Origin: Pelomyxa schiedti
Lineage: Eukaryota > Protista > Evosea
DNA length: 64,000 bases
Reading direction: 5' to 3'
Assembly (NCBI GenBank): GCA_020536535.1
Contig: JAHLWZ010000406.1
Span: 69,531-133,530 of the forward strand
Part shown: positions 10,253-24,755 of the stretch, piece after piece
Numbering within the stretch: the stretch's first letter is position 1
How the letters are laid out: the number at the start of each line of letters is the position of its first letter
Program-made: the position numbers and the translations under genes
The notes under the pieces: generated by a model
Told to the model about the DNA's origin: nothing
The model's input: only the letters and a program-made list of their open reading frames with translations
Database searches by the model: none

Positions 10253-13075
10253 ATGCAGAGTCCCACGCCGGAGGAGCCACCCACCGTCGTCGTTGATCCC
10301 AGTGCGAGATCCACTTCGTCGTCCGCGTGTATTGTCGCGTCGCCTGCCGTTGCAACAGAAACAACAACAGCATCAGCAGCGTCGGCATCGCGTGTCCGCT
10401 ACGAAACAACCAACAGCAGCAGTTGTAGCATTAGTTGTGCTTGTGCCAGCAGTACAACCAATTCCCCCGGGGGCACCACTACAACCACAACCACCTCAAC
10501 CGCCAGTGCTGCCACGGACACGGCGGCGAGGAGGAGGAGCTGCGCGTCCATAGGAGGCGACGTAGCCAGCAGGAGCACAACCACAGGCTCAACTGCCAGT
10601 GCCAGTGGGAGCGGGGGCGTGGAGACGGACGACGGCGGGGAGGAGGGGGAGGAGGAGGAAGAGGAGGAAGGAGAGCGAGAGCGAGAGGGAGAGGGAGAGG
10701 GAGAAGGAGAAGGGGAGGCGGTATTGCCGCTGGCCACAATCCCCATGGGGGTGACAGTCACTTACCATTGGATGGTGGATGTGCGTGAGAATGAGAATGG
10801 GAATGGAGATGGGAATGGGAATGGGAATGGGAATGGGAATGGAGATGGGCAGGTGGCCCCGAGGGCTGATGCTGATGCTGCGGTTGTGGCTATTATTGGT
10901 ATACCGGAAAACTCCCATAATGCCAACTTGGCCAAACCGCTTGGAATACTTTTTATTTAATTTTGTTGCTGCTGCTGTTGTTATTATTATTATTAGGTAA
11001 CCTGTAAACAAAGAAACAATGCAGCGGAACAGTGTTATTGGCTTGGATTTGGAGTGGAGCACAACCTCTGGTGCATCCACTATTGGTAAGAAGTTTTCTT
11101 CAATACCTACTTCAGGTAACATAATTGCTGCAGCCACTATTCAGCTCTGTGGCGATTGCCACTGCCTTGTATTGGGGGTTGAAACCCTTCATGTTTTACC
11201 GGTTTCATTGATAAATCTATTACAAAGTGAAAGGTTTTTTATACATTTTTCTTCTTTGTCAGTGTTCTAACTTACACAGTGTCATTAAAGTCGGTGTTGG
11301 AATACATGGAGATGTCAAACGATTGTGGGGGAAATTTCAGGTTGGAGATGCAGGAAATTGCATTATTCACACCTCTCAGGTAGCCACCCACCCTTGCGTT
11401 GACTTGCAGCTTGTTGCTGTGCATTGTTTGACTGAGAGTGAGCTTATTGGAACCAGTTTAAAGAGTCTAACACGATCTATTCTTGGAGTAGATTTACTTA
11501 AAGACCGAGCCATAAGGCCTCACTTCTCTTAATTTTCCACTTGACTCACTCTCACAGGTGTGGTAATTGGGCAACAGAAGCACTTTCCCAGCAACAAATC
11601 ACTTACGCCGCCACTGATGCTTGGGTGAGTCTTCTCCTTGCTAGTACTGCTTATTTTATTCACTCTAGGTATCAAGAGAACTTTTGTTTCGTCTTTTTAG
11701 CAATTACAAACAACCTGAGGAGGATATCTTCCACTTTTGTCTACGTTATGCTGGCATGGCCCCTCCAAAGTTATTGAATTGTTCAAAAACGTTAAAAAAG
11801 GTTTTCCTATACTTCTGCTGTATGTATTACTTACCTCGTATAGGCACATTTCACACTTCCAACACCTGGGGTATGAATTACAAGAAAACCGCTTTATCTC
11901 ACTCTACCCAGGATAGCCCTAGTGCCTCAAAAAAACAGTTAGCATTTAAGAAGGTTTGTAAATTGCTGGCAAGTACTGGAGACTTTCTCTGCTACTGTGA
12001 TGAAAAACGTCTTCATTGGTATCAATCTCGTGGCCTTGCAGGTTTTTCAACTGCATTTCCAAACCTATAAATGACCTCCTTGTGTTATGAAGTCCTTGTC
12101 TCCAACGAACCTTTGACAGCACAACTCACTTTTAGCCAAACAGCTCGTTTCCCTGAAAACGAACTGTTTTTCATTTGGACCAAAGAAGCCCAGTTAATAA
12201 CAATCATAGTATCTAAGCTTCGTATGTATTAGGTTATAACCTTTGTTAGTTGTGCTGTCTGTGGGAAAACCGAGTATCTGAGCCGATATAATATTGTCCC
12301 ACCTAAGTACAGAAAGCAAATCCCCAAAGAATTTAAAGTAGAAATCAAACCAATCCGTATCTCCAATAATCCTAAAAATTAGGATGATCATACACCGAAT
12401 ATTGTATTGTTATGCAGTTTGTGCCATAACAGAGCCATAGAGGTGTTTAGTTGGTTGCATCCTCTTAATTTTACAAGCCCAGGGTTTGAACAAACTTGAT
12501 CGCGAACTCGAAAAGGAGACTGGCTTACCTTTGAGTGCAGTTTCCAATCAGAAGTACATTGAAGGATTGCGGAATGTAACAATGTCATGTTATAGGCATG
12601 CCAAACTTAAACGGTTTAACTAGACCCAAAAAGCAGCACATGCCCTGAAACTATACAGTGACGTGATGAGCTCCGAGGTCAGTATTTAACTCAAATGACA
12701 AAACAACCTGAACCACTGGGGGAAAACAAAAAAAATAAAAAAAGAAAAGGAACCAATTCCATGCAGTGGTTTCAGAATTCCTTGGGAAGCCTCATGATGA
12801 AACTCTCACACGAGAAGACCTTGACAAGACACTACACCAAATTGAATCCCAACTGCACGAGGCGAGCACTGCAAAGGCCACCCTTACCAGTTTTACTTCT
12901 AGAGAACAGTTTGAGCAGTTTTGCCAAAGGTGTGCCGTTTCATTTCGTTTTACTTCTGGTCACCAACTTTGGAATATCCAGATGGCGGCAGAACTTTGTA
13001 GATACCATGAATCCCCAACACCTACCAAGCTACTGGAACCTGTGTTCCATAGTACCGGAAGCCAAAAGTAGCTAG
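10253..13075 (+). CDS. EXD2: Exonuclease 3'-5' domain-containing protein 2 (DEDDy exonuclease + HNH-like domain)
   Basis: VIGLDLEW, IKVGVGIHGD, CGNWATEALSQQQITYAATDA, CKLLASTGDFLCYCDEKRLHWY, CAVCGK..YNIVPPKYRKQIP..VLLCSLCH and WRQNFVDTMNPQHLPSYW. The N-terminus is long and low-complexity. Confidence 0.85.
10640..10848 (+). repeat. Coding microsatellites (poly-E, (EG)n, (GN)n from GGGAAT repeats)
   Basis: Directly visible GAG, GAGGGA and GGGAAT runs in EXD2 exon 1. Confidence 0.85.
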
Positions 13076-13261
13076 CCAACCAAAAGGAAACGTAATAAAA
13101 ACAGGAAACAACAAAGTAAATCAACAAAAAGTCAGAGTTCTTTCTTGCTTGTATGTATACATCGAGGTGGGAAATCCCCACCAGGTTTATAATGATGAAT
13201 TGTTACAATCCGTGTGAGTGCATGATCAGAACCCAAAATAACTCTAACTTGTTCTCTGGTC

Positions 13262-15549
<2,288 letters not shown>

Positions 15550-15660
15550 TTTTGTTTTCCTTTCTTTCGTGCACCTTCTGGTATTTGATTTCCTATTTTT
15601 TCTCCGATACGTAATTTACATAAAGAAAGAGATCCAAGGCACCAGCTTTTGATTTGATTG

Positions 15661-15951
15661 ATGTCGCAGAGCACCAGCGCGCACCAAGTTGGGGGCAACG
15701 GCTCCGCTGCAGGCACCCAACCTGGAACAGTGGGTGGCCAGCCCAAGTTGGAACAGGAAGACAAGGGTATCCCCGTGATTGTTAAACAAGTCGTAAATAA
15801 ACTCACTGTACAACTCGTTGTTGGTGACTTCTCTCTAGGAGAAGGAAGTACCCCTCCTCTGCCAGAAAAATACTTTGGCTACGACTACGATACACTGTTA
15901 AGAATGCACGTCGATGAAAATTTTGGGCTAGGTGGGTCTAACTGGAGTTGA
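15661..15951 (+). CDS. Small intronless hypothetical protein (96 aa)
   Basis: ATG-TGA ORF with coding-like composition in an intergenic gap. No family recognised. Confidence 0.45.
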   Translation: MSQSTSAHQVGGNGSAAGTQPGTVGGQPKLEQEDKGIPVIVKQVVNKLTVQLVVGDFSLGEGSTPPLPEKYFGYDYDTLLRMHVDENFGLGGSNWS

Positions 15952-16149
15952 CCGTTGAAGGCGATCAAAATGCCAAAATAGAACCCACGTGTTTTTCATC
16001 ACATTAGGGGAAGATAAATTTCGGAGGCCGAAGGGACGTTCCCCTAACCGCCTGAGCCTTTAAAATGCGGTTGGTGACCAAACGGCACAAATAAAAAAAA
16101 AAAAAAAAACCTCAAAGCAGTAGTTGGTTGATACATCTCAACAACAACA

Positions 16150-16543
16150 ATGTCTCTCACAGCCGAAGAAACCGCCAAGTTCAAGAAATGGTTCGAGACG
16201 TATGTTTCTAGAAACTTTTTTTTTTCCCGCCGCTGTGTCAACCAACAATAACCAATAGAGCCGATGTTGACCACAACGGACTCTTGACCCCTGAGGAACT
16301 CTCTACTGCCCTCACCCTTATCATTGGCGACAACATCCCCGCCTCAGCCCTTAAGCCAGTTACTTTCCCTCCCCTCTTTTCTCCCAATCAATCTCACCCG
16401 TCACATAGTTCATTGACCCAATTGACACCAACCACGACGGAATGATCGATTGGGCTGAATTCTCCACCGCCATCACTGAAATGAAGGCTGGCGTTCGCAC
16501 AGGACCCCTTGCTCAGCGCATTAAGCCAAAACTCGGCTGGTAA
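16150..16543 (+). CDS. Small two-EF-hand calcium-binding protein (3 exons)
   Basis: Spliced: MSLTAEETAKFKKWFETA-DVDHNGLLTPEE-...I-DTNHDGMIDWAE-F..., which gives two canonical EF loops. Absent from the ORF track. Confidence 0.9.
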
Positions 16544-16691
16544 AATAGCCATTGTGTGCTTTTTGGGAAAGAAAAAACCTCCTTCTGTTGGGGGTTTTTT
16601 TTTTTTAAAAAAAAAAGAGAAAATTTTGCATCGCTTTGTTTGTTTCCACACAGAAGCTCTCCTCCTTTTTACCCACAGAGTTACTGTTAAA

Positions 16692-18477
16692 ATGAAGCTT
16701 TGGTTGTTTGCTTGTTTACTTTCTCTTGCTGGGGCATTTACTGTGCCCCAATTCCGACCAACTCTTTCCCACAAGTCACGTGGTGTTCCTGTTGTTGGCG
16801 ATTTATTCTGGTACCAGTGGGGCTGTGTGCCTTCCCCTCTTTCTGTTGGAGTAGTACCTATACTTTATTATTCTCCTTTCGACTTGTATTTCGAACTGGC
16901 TCATATATGCCACAAAATAGATGTTAATGCTAGGGATGCTCCCTACAATGCCACTGGTGATGGTGCCTCAGATGACACTGCGGCGATTCAAAGTGCGCTG
17001 AATTCAGTCGGCGCCTCTGGTGGTGGGATTGTGTTCTTGCCTGCTGGAAATTATGCCATCTATTCTCACCTGACCATCCCACCAGGTACTACATTGCTTT
17101 CCATCTCACAATGATTTTTGTGTTAAACTATGCAGATACTACTCTGAAGGGTGTTGCTTCTGCACCATCACGGTATTCTTTATAATTGAGATTTCTTTCA
17201 TTAATTCACTCATTGTTAAGCTCTTGTGGAACCCTCACCGAAGTGCATGGTACAACACTATTTGCCTATGAAGGGAAAGGCTCTGATGCCGGAACTCCCT
17301 TTATTTTCCTTCAAGGTTCTAATTCTGGAGTTGAAGGATTTAGCGTGAGTAGAGCTTCAAACACTCGCTGCTTCCTTATGGCATTGCAGATTTTTTATCC
17401 CGAGCAGATTGAAGCAAATCCTCCTTATTCGTATCCCTGGACAATAGGTACAATGCTAAAGATGTTGTTGTCCATCACAATGTAAAAGGTGGCTCGGGAG
17501 ATGACTTATCTGTACAAAATATGCTACTTTTGAATTCCTATCAAGGAATCGACTTCGCCACAAATCCCTGTGGTCGCCATTGGATACGGGCTGTGTAAGT
17601 TTGATATTTTTCCTCCATCTCTGAACAAGACAGGTATGGCCAACCACTTAAGACTGGAATAGTTGTGGACCAATGCTATGACATTGGCCGTATTATGGAC
17701 ATCCACTTCTGGCCTTTTTGGTCCATGAGTGATGCCATTTTTAAATATCAGCATGATAACGCTGTTACCTTTGCCTTCTACCGCACAGACTGGGAGGAAA
17801 ATCCCTCTTTCTTTCATGCATACCATTCTTATTTTTTTATTTACAATAGGTCGTGGAGGATGTATTTTCCTGGGGCTATAATATTGGAATGCAATTTGCT
17901 CAAAGCGCAAATGGAGCCTGCAATGGGCAGTTCACTGATATAAACTTTGATGATGTGGATATTGGACTCGATATTCAAACCACACAGGAACCCGGTATTA
18001 TTTTCGATAACTTGAACCTGGCAAATGCAGGAGATGGAAGCCATAAAATTGGTGTGTGGGGTCACAATGGAGATAGTAGCGTAGTAATCCGTGGAGCCAG
18101 TGTGAGTTTCTCACCAAGTTTTTGATTTCTGAAGTATTTACAACCTCCAAGGTATGGGGAGTGTTCAATCAGTTTGTTCTTTGGCAATCAGCAGGTCATA
18201 TTTTGGTATCTGCATCCCTCATTAACAGCTGGAACTCTGCTTATCCGGCCATTCAAATTGATTCTGGTACTTCTAAATTTTTGTTACAGGTAGAGATATT
18301 CACACCATTTATGCAGGACGTGCAATGATACAAGGAAACTACTTTCATGATGTAGTAGGTACAGCCATAAAAATAGGGTCTGGTACTGATAGAGTTATGG
18401 TGACTGACAACGAGCTGGTTGGCAACTCAGTATCCAATAGCGGTACTCTTGTTCTAATGGCTGACAATCACAACTAA
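16692..18477 (+). CDS. Secreted pectate-lyase-superfamily (beta-helix, GH55/Pectate_lyase_3-like) carbohydrate-active protein
   Basis: Signal peptide MKLWLFACLLSLAGA, then ATGDGASDDTAAIQSAL..GGGIVFLPAGNY, LLNPYQGIDF, GRHWIRAVYGQPLKTGI, DIGRIMDIHFWPFW and RTDWEVV. Confidence 0.85.
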
Positions 18478-18532
18478 AACCAAATACCCACATGGAGCAT
18501 GTACTTTGAATGATTGCAAAAAAAAAATTTTT

Positions 18533-20569
18533 TTATTGATTTAGCTCAGCGTTAATTTCTGCTATCCATTCATTCAAAATTCCTTCTTCCTGCTGACGTG
18601 CTTTTACAACCGATACTGGGTCGTTGACTGGGTCCGAGCCGTAGAAGTCAAGGTGATGTGCCTAAGGAGAATGAGGGTTTTTTTTGCAATTTTACGGAAA
18701 CTCATACTGCTTGTGGAATAATGATGCTGTACTGTTCTAGTGCTACACTGGTCTGAAGTACACCACCGGGCCACCTAGGAAAAAATAAATTTGAGGTTAG
18801 AGAGAAGATGCGGCTGTGAGTACCATGGATCAATTAGTCCATTGCTGAAAATGATTCTGGTGGAGTTGCTCCAATCGAAACGAGTTGACAATCCAAGAGG
18901 GTCTGTAGTGTCACAAGTTTTACCAGATTTCACTTAACTGGAGGAATAGATTACCAGGAGTTGCACCCCATGTCTCCGCACAGTACTCGCAACTAAAGTA
19001 AAGTTAAGAAAATAAATTTGGTATTTGTTCAAATGCACACAGTTCCTCGTAGTCATAGGGATATGGGGGGAACATGTCTATGGAATTGGTTTCAACTAAC
19101 CAAGAGTAAGAGCTCTACCTGTTACATTGTTTGTGTCAACATTGGATATAAGCTCTGTGCAACTTTGGTAGTCCCAGCTCATGGCGTTGGGGTCTCCTGT
19201 CCCACCACCACATCCAGTAAGGTCAGCACAATAAGCATCTAGCATATGTTAGGATAGGAACAAGGTGAGTGGGAAATTGCAACATTCTTCAGTGATATTG
19301 AAGCATTTGAGATCCAATGTATTGTTGTACAAAACTCCAATTGATTGCCCAAGGAGATAAGTCAAAGACCCGGTACCGAGCATAACATCACACGATACAT
19401 CGATTGGCCACGCGGGTCTAAGAAGAGTCACTCAGAGCATTCTAAATAGGACGGGACGTACAGAACTGCCCCACTGTTTGGCCAGGGGTAGTCCAACATT
19501 GCTAACTGCGCATAGGCATTTTCTATCCAAAGAGCAACAAGTCTGAGAGCATCTTCTCCTTCCTCCAGAGGCGAGCAAAGGCGCAGTTGTTCAGTGATCC
19601 ATTGGCGGCCATCGGGTGTGGAATCTTTGGCAATGATCTCGTTGAATGCAGAGCGAACAAGATTGGGGCAATTCTACTATGTATAAGTCATAATGAGAAA
19701 GTTATTGAGTGTACTTGATTCTTGTGCCCAAAGTCTCTGGTGGTGACGGCAAAGTAGTCACCATTTTTGACATCCCCAAATGTGTGATAGCGTACAGGAG
19801 CACTACCAGCGACACTAGCATGAATTATGTCAGGATACGCCACTCGCATGTAACTACTAGGACTTAGTGTGTTGAATGACAGAATAAGTTCGTACGTTAC
19901 AAGTTCCCCAGCATAACTTCCTCCCCAAGCAATGATTGGCATATTTGCTGGAAGCCCGTAGAGGGTCTTGACATACTGGATAACTGCAACGTTGTCTGCC
20001 ATGGCCTTTCAGAGCAGAAAAAGGTTAGGGAGAAAGCAATGTGTCTTCGTATCACCTGTTCGATGGACAACCGTTTTATGTTATCCCAGGTGTAAGTCTC
20101 CTCCATACTGAAAGGAAGAGATTCCCCATAGAAACGGTGCTCCACGTACTTTTTTTGTAAAAAAAGTGAACCTTACATTTGGGAACATACAAGAATGAAT
20201 GCCCCTACACGTGAAGCAACCTTTCAAAGCGGACGTAAGATACAAGTATATAAATATCACACACTTCAAATTGGAACCCGTTGTGGTGGTAGCCTCCATA
20301 AACATCACTTTCACCGCCAGCAGTGAAAAACATAGGCCCACCTGCCCTATAGTAGTCCGCATACACCAAAAACCTCTAACAAATATAAACGATGAGAAAA
20401 AACCACAAAAAGGATAGAAGCTAACCTGCTGAAACATGCGATCGTCAGTCTCAAAATGGTCAAATATTTGTGTGTACCACAGTTCAACGGGGTCAGGGTT
20501 TGGGCCGGGCTGGGCGATAACAGAGTACAAACAACAAGCCAATAACAACGCTACACCGCAGATCTTCAT
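18533..20569 (-). CDS. Serine carboxypeptidase family S28 (lysosomal Pro-X carboxypeptidase/DPP2-like)
   Basis: Signal peptide, [27 protein letters not shown], catalytic [17 protein letters not shown] and AHHLDF. Confidence 0.9.
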
Positions 20570-20662
20570 TCCTTCCAACTCCCCGAGATCTCCTCTTTTT
20601 TGTGTTTGATCAAAAACAGCAAAAAAAAAAACCGATAAATCCGTTTCGATCAATTTTCTTCT

Positions 20663-21927
20663 TCAGATGTAAACGAGACTGAGAGGGCAGGTGCCACCAA
20701 AAGAACAAATGAAGGGGGAATAGACCTCCTCAAACGTATCAATGTTGATTGTGACAAGCATCCAACCTTGGGTCTAAAGAGTAAATGAGTGAGTGGGAGG
20801 TTTATTCAAGTGACAAGGGATGTGGTATCACACAGAATCTTTCATGAAAAGTCCAGTAAGGGTGCGGGACTTGCTATCTATTGAAGTCACTTCAGATAGT
20901 GCATCAAGCCAGTCTTACATTTCGAAACCATTCAGATGGCAAAAGGAATAAGTGTTTGTTTCATCGAACCTGTTGAAAAGGCCAGTTTTGGCATTCCGGT
21001 CTTGCTGTCAAAGGTAATTATCTGTACGCTATTGAGGGCTAAGTGGAAAGAAATTGACACAGTATGACTACTTACCCCCCATCTTTTAGTGCAAGCGCGT
21101 ATATTTGGTGATTTCCTGAATCGTAGTCGAGAGAAATCACACCGTAATTGTCTTTCATATTGAAAATTACAGCTCCGTTTGCTGCACTGAAACCCTTTAT
21201 CCAGGGTATATCATTGTAATCTAATATTGCTACCTTTTTTCCCCAGTTAAAAAAGAAGGAGGGTTCCAAACTCGCATTACCCAGAACATGTCATACTCAG
21301 GATCATAAGCTGAAACTGAATTAATATTGAACCACACGTGGTTCATTGATGGTCCCACATCTCTTATTGAAAGTTATATCGAATTCGTGAGATTTTTTTG
21401 CTTACTCTGTCTTCTTTGAGGTAGTGTCAACTCTTTTAAACTGGTAGTACGTATTATTATCCTTCCTTGGCCCAAATGCATTTATTTCCCCTCTTGTTGA
21501 GTCCCACTGAATAGCAGTCGTTGCTCCACCATATGGCAGTGGCATCTACCATGTGCAGTCATTCACCAATAACCTAACAAGTAAGTTCCAGCGGTATCTG
21601 AAAGCATAAATTTATCAAAATTGCACGCACATAAAGTTCCCTGTTTGCAGTTGCAGTTTCATATGCCACCAGGTAAATAATTGAATTGGTGTCATTCGCC
21701 CCAACAGCGTAGACCAAATTCTGCTCTGGGTCGGCAGTTATTGACCCCTGCCCGAACGCAAGTGGCCCAATTGGGCCCACTGCAGACACGGCGCCAGTGA
21801 CTGGTGATATCTGGTACAGATTCGGCTGCTCAGGCATCAACCCATACAGCTGAGCACATTGACCCAGGCCAATCACCACAACAAACCAAACGCCAACGAC
21901 TACGAAAGATGTCCCGCCAACCGCCAT
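20663..21927 (-). CDS. Secreted hypothetical protein, beta-rich (possible propeller)
   Basis: Hydrophobic leader and multi-exon GT-AG structure, with repeated aromatic-x-D-x-x motifs. Ends ...GGTCPLSLVYI*. Confidence 0.65.
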
Positions 21928-22163
21928 CAACAGTTTTGCTGATTTTAATTTATCGAACAACAACAAGCCAGAATAAAGATATCCATTCCCCACTTTAGGC
22001 AAAATTGGGCTACGGACTCAACAGTGGACGCTGGGGGCAAACATTTTTTGGCGGTTGTCCTCGCGGACTTCCCAGAAAAACTTAAACAAAACGGGAAGGT
22101 CGGTGTGTGTTTTTTTTTCTTCTTTGCCCGATAGGTACCTCTTTCACCACCTTCCTGCGGGTA

Positions 22164-22239
22164 GTGACGTGGGCCATTGTGGCGACAAGTGAATGTACAG
22201 TCGTGTGCCCCCTAGACCGGTGTTACCGGATATGCGACA
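22164..22239 (+). repeat. 76-bp fixed-spacing element, copy 1
   Basis: GTGACGTGG-N4-TTGT-N22-GTKTGCCCCC-N4-CCGGTG-N3-CCGGATWTGCGACA, followed by an AAGARGAAA tract. Confidence 0.85.
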
Positions 22240-22440
22240 CTAGAAGAAGAAAAAAAAATGTTTTTTTTCCCTTAAACACCCATCAATGCCTCCCCTACAC
22301 TCACACTTCAGAGCCTGGGAAACAACACTCGTGCAGGTAATCGTCGGCTGCACAAGGGGAAGGCTCGTGCCGCTTCAGGAGCCACTGTCCCTCTGATGGC
22401 AACTTTCCAGAAAACCAGGTTTATTTGTTTCCTCTTTGAC

Positions 22441-22516
22441 TGTCGCAAATCCGGCACCACCGGCTTTGGGGGCAAACTACTCCTCTTGTACCCGCGATCA
22501 CAACGGGCCACGTCAC
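22441..22516 (-). repeat. 76-bp fixed-spacing element, copy 2
   Basis: Same blocks and spacing as copy 1, with different spacer sequences. Confidence 0.85.
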
Positions 22517-22752
22517 GGATCACAGTTTGCAGCCCGAGGAGTCTCGGTCAGGGAAAAGGAAAGAAAAAAGCATTTTTTTTTCGCTAACATCAGATCACCC
22601 AATCACTCGTAGCCGGAGGAAGTGAAGCACCCAAGCCCTCTGCGTTCAGATGCACGTGCACTCTCATTTCATGCATTGCGCCTCCCAGCTCCTCAAGTCT
22701 CAAGCTGGACTGTGATTGTAGCGGAAGCAGACCTTTTTTTTTCCTCTTCAGG

Positions 22753-22828
22753 TGTCGCAAATCCGGCATCACCGGTCATGGGGGCAAACAGCTCCGCTTT
22801 GAGATGCGAATACAATGCCCCACGTCAC
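22753..22828 (-). repeat. 76-bp fixed-spacing element, copy 3
   Basis: Same blocks and spacing as copies 1 and 2. Confidence 0.85.
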
Positions 22829-23069
22829 CACCCACAGTTTGGTGTCCTCGGCTAGACCCGAGAACCTTTCACCGAACAGATCTAGCCTGAGGCTCAGTTC
22901 CGGACTTAGACTTTTAGGTTAAGAGCTTTCTATTGGTAAGTCTATTGGATAGATGTCTTTCCGGACACTTCTAAGAGTTTTTTTGCCCCCAGTGGGCAAT
23001 GGATATGTTTCACAAGTTTATTTAAATGTATTACATGGTTGTATGGATACAAGGGACTTTCCGGCACAG

Positions 23070-24223
23070 TCACGGATAAGACGAAAACAGTGAGTCCAAG
23101 TCCGGCAAGTCGGAATCGCCCGGCATGTACTCAAGTGATGGTTGAAGAAGGGGTGGCTGTTGTCCCTGGAGTTGGACATGCATCGGTGGTGGGAGCAAGT
23201 GGGGATCCTGGTCATAAGCAGCAGGCGGGTGGGACGGCACATTTGCGGGATACAGGTGGGGGTGTTCATGCAACGTTGTGGATGGCTGCAGTTGTACCTG
23301 CATCGGTGGTGGTAGTGGTAGTGAGAGCAAGTGGGGAGCCTGGCCATAAGCAGGCATCTGTAGTGGAAAGAGATTCTCGCCGGGGCTGATGCTCATTTGG
23401 GAGTAGTTGCCGGCTTGTTGATTGTCAGGTAGGGATGGAGAGCCAACAGAGAAAGAGGAAACAGAAGGTTGATCCGGGAGTGCGTTGTAAGGTGGGGATA
23501 CATAGGATCCCAAAGCTTGATAAGACGTGGATGCAGCTGCAGTGCCAACACCAGTAGGAAGAACGGCTGGAGGAACAGAAGGGCCATTGTCATAGTCGCG
23601 GCTGGGGGTTTGGGTGTTCCAAGCACTCAGAGTCTGGCTGCTTGTAGTCGTCTGGACATCCGTCTCGGTTGGAGGTGATGTATCTAGTATCTTCGATCAG
23701 AGAGAATTTAACTCAACTAAAAACGTACGAAGGACATATGGGGAGAAGAACCACTCTCTGCCAACTTGGACAAGAAATCTGAGGGTAAGATTTCCCTCAG
23801 ACACACGCTTGTTGCCGCGTTTGGTGACATTAACGAGACAGAATGATGCTGTACCTACTGTTGCCTAAGTGGAAAAAATGAAGAATGAAGAAATATACCA
23901 GACGCAGGGATATACCAAGAGCAGAACACCTCCCCCTCTGTCACAAGAGGATCCATCGCAATACCAGTAACAGTGGGTGCCGGCCAACGTTCCAAGTCGC
24001 GGGGAGCCCTGGGCCTCAGGCCATATTCTCTCAGGCCAGAGTTTATACGTACACAGCCATAATCCAGTAACATCTGATGGACGACGCCAGGCTGGTGGTA
24101 AGTTGTGTGTGTCGTACTAGTAAAGGGTCAAAAAATAAATAAATAAAATAAACCACGAACAAATGTTTTCGAAAAAGGAAAAACAAACCTGGTGGTTTGG
24201 CGGTCGCTTCTTCGCGATAACAT
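23070..24223 (-). CDS. Hypothetical protein with small beta-rich domain and Pro/Gln/Ser-rich tail
   Basis: GT-AG introns join MLSRRSDRQTT..., EVFCSWYIPASVGTASFCLVNV..LTLRFLVQVG and a tail with a duplicated AY.Q.PHLL..PPPM.VQLQ unit. The third intron boundary is uncertain. Confidence 0.6.
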
Positions 24224-24755
24224 TTTAGTAGCCGATGGTGTAGGTTTTGATATGTGTTGTTTTTTTTTTTTTGTGTGTGTGGTGTATTTTGTTCGTCGTG
24301 TTTAAAAGCTTGTAAACCGCTCTCCGTTCGCCGTAGCCCTTTTCGCTTATGTCACCAAACACAGTAGCAGAGATTTGGCGACAATCATATGACTGACTCG
24401 GGGGGGACGAAATGATAGCCGCATACAATACCAACACAACCCCAATGTTGTCCCTGAGTTTATTTTCTTGCTTTGAGCGCAGAACCCCCACAATAGACAT
24501 CAGAGGCCTTTTCGCCTAACCCTGTGTTGTCTGTTGGTGAAACCCAAGTTAAAGACGGGACTTGGGCGCGCGGAGGTGTGTCTTTTTCGAAACAAACCCC
24601 CCTTTGCGCGATGACGTTCGTGCAAACTAACAACAGGTGGTCATTGAGAGAACGAGTCACTCCTGAATCTCACTCGGCCAAGAACAGGGCCGGGTCTTGA
24701 AAGATCTGGCAAACAATTTTTTGATTCAATCGTCGGGCTGCGTACAGGCGTGTGG

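Noticed and set aside
22164-22828. 76-nt elements as tRNAs or a CRISPR array
   Set aside because: There are no A/B boxes or TTCRA loop, orientations are mixed, spacing is irregular and the context is eukaryotic.
22410-22880. U1-like (ATAAACCTGG, minus strand near 22424) and U5-like (CCTTTCAC near 22865) motifs
   Set aside because: The U1-70K/U1A loops and the U5 stem Ic are absent, and the matches are too short.
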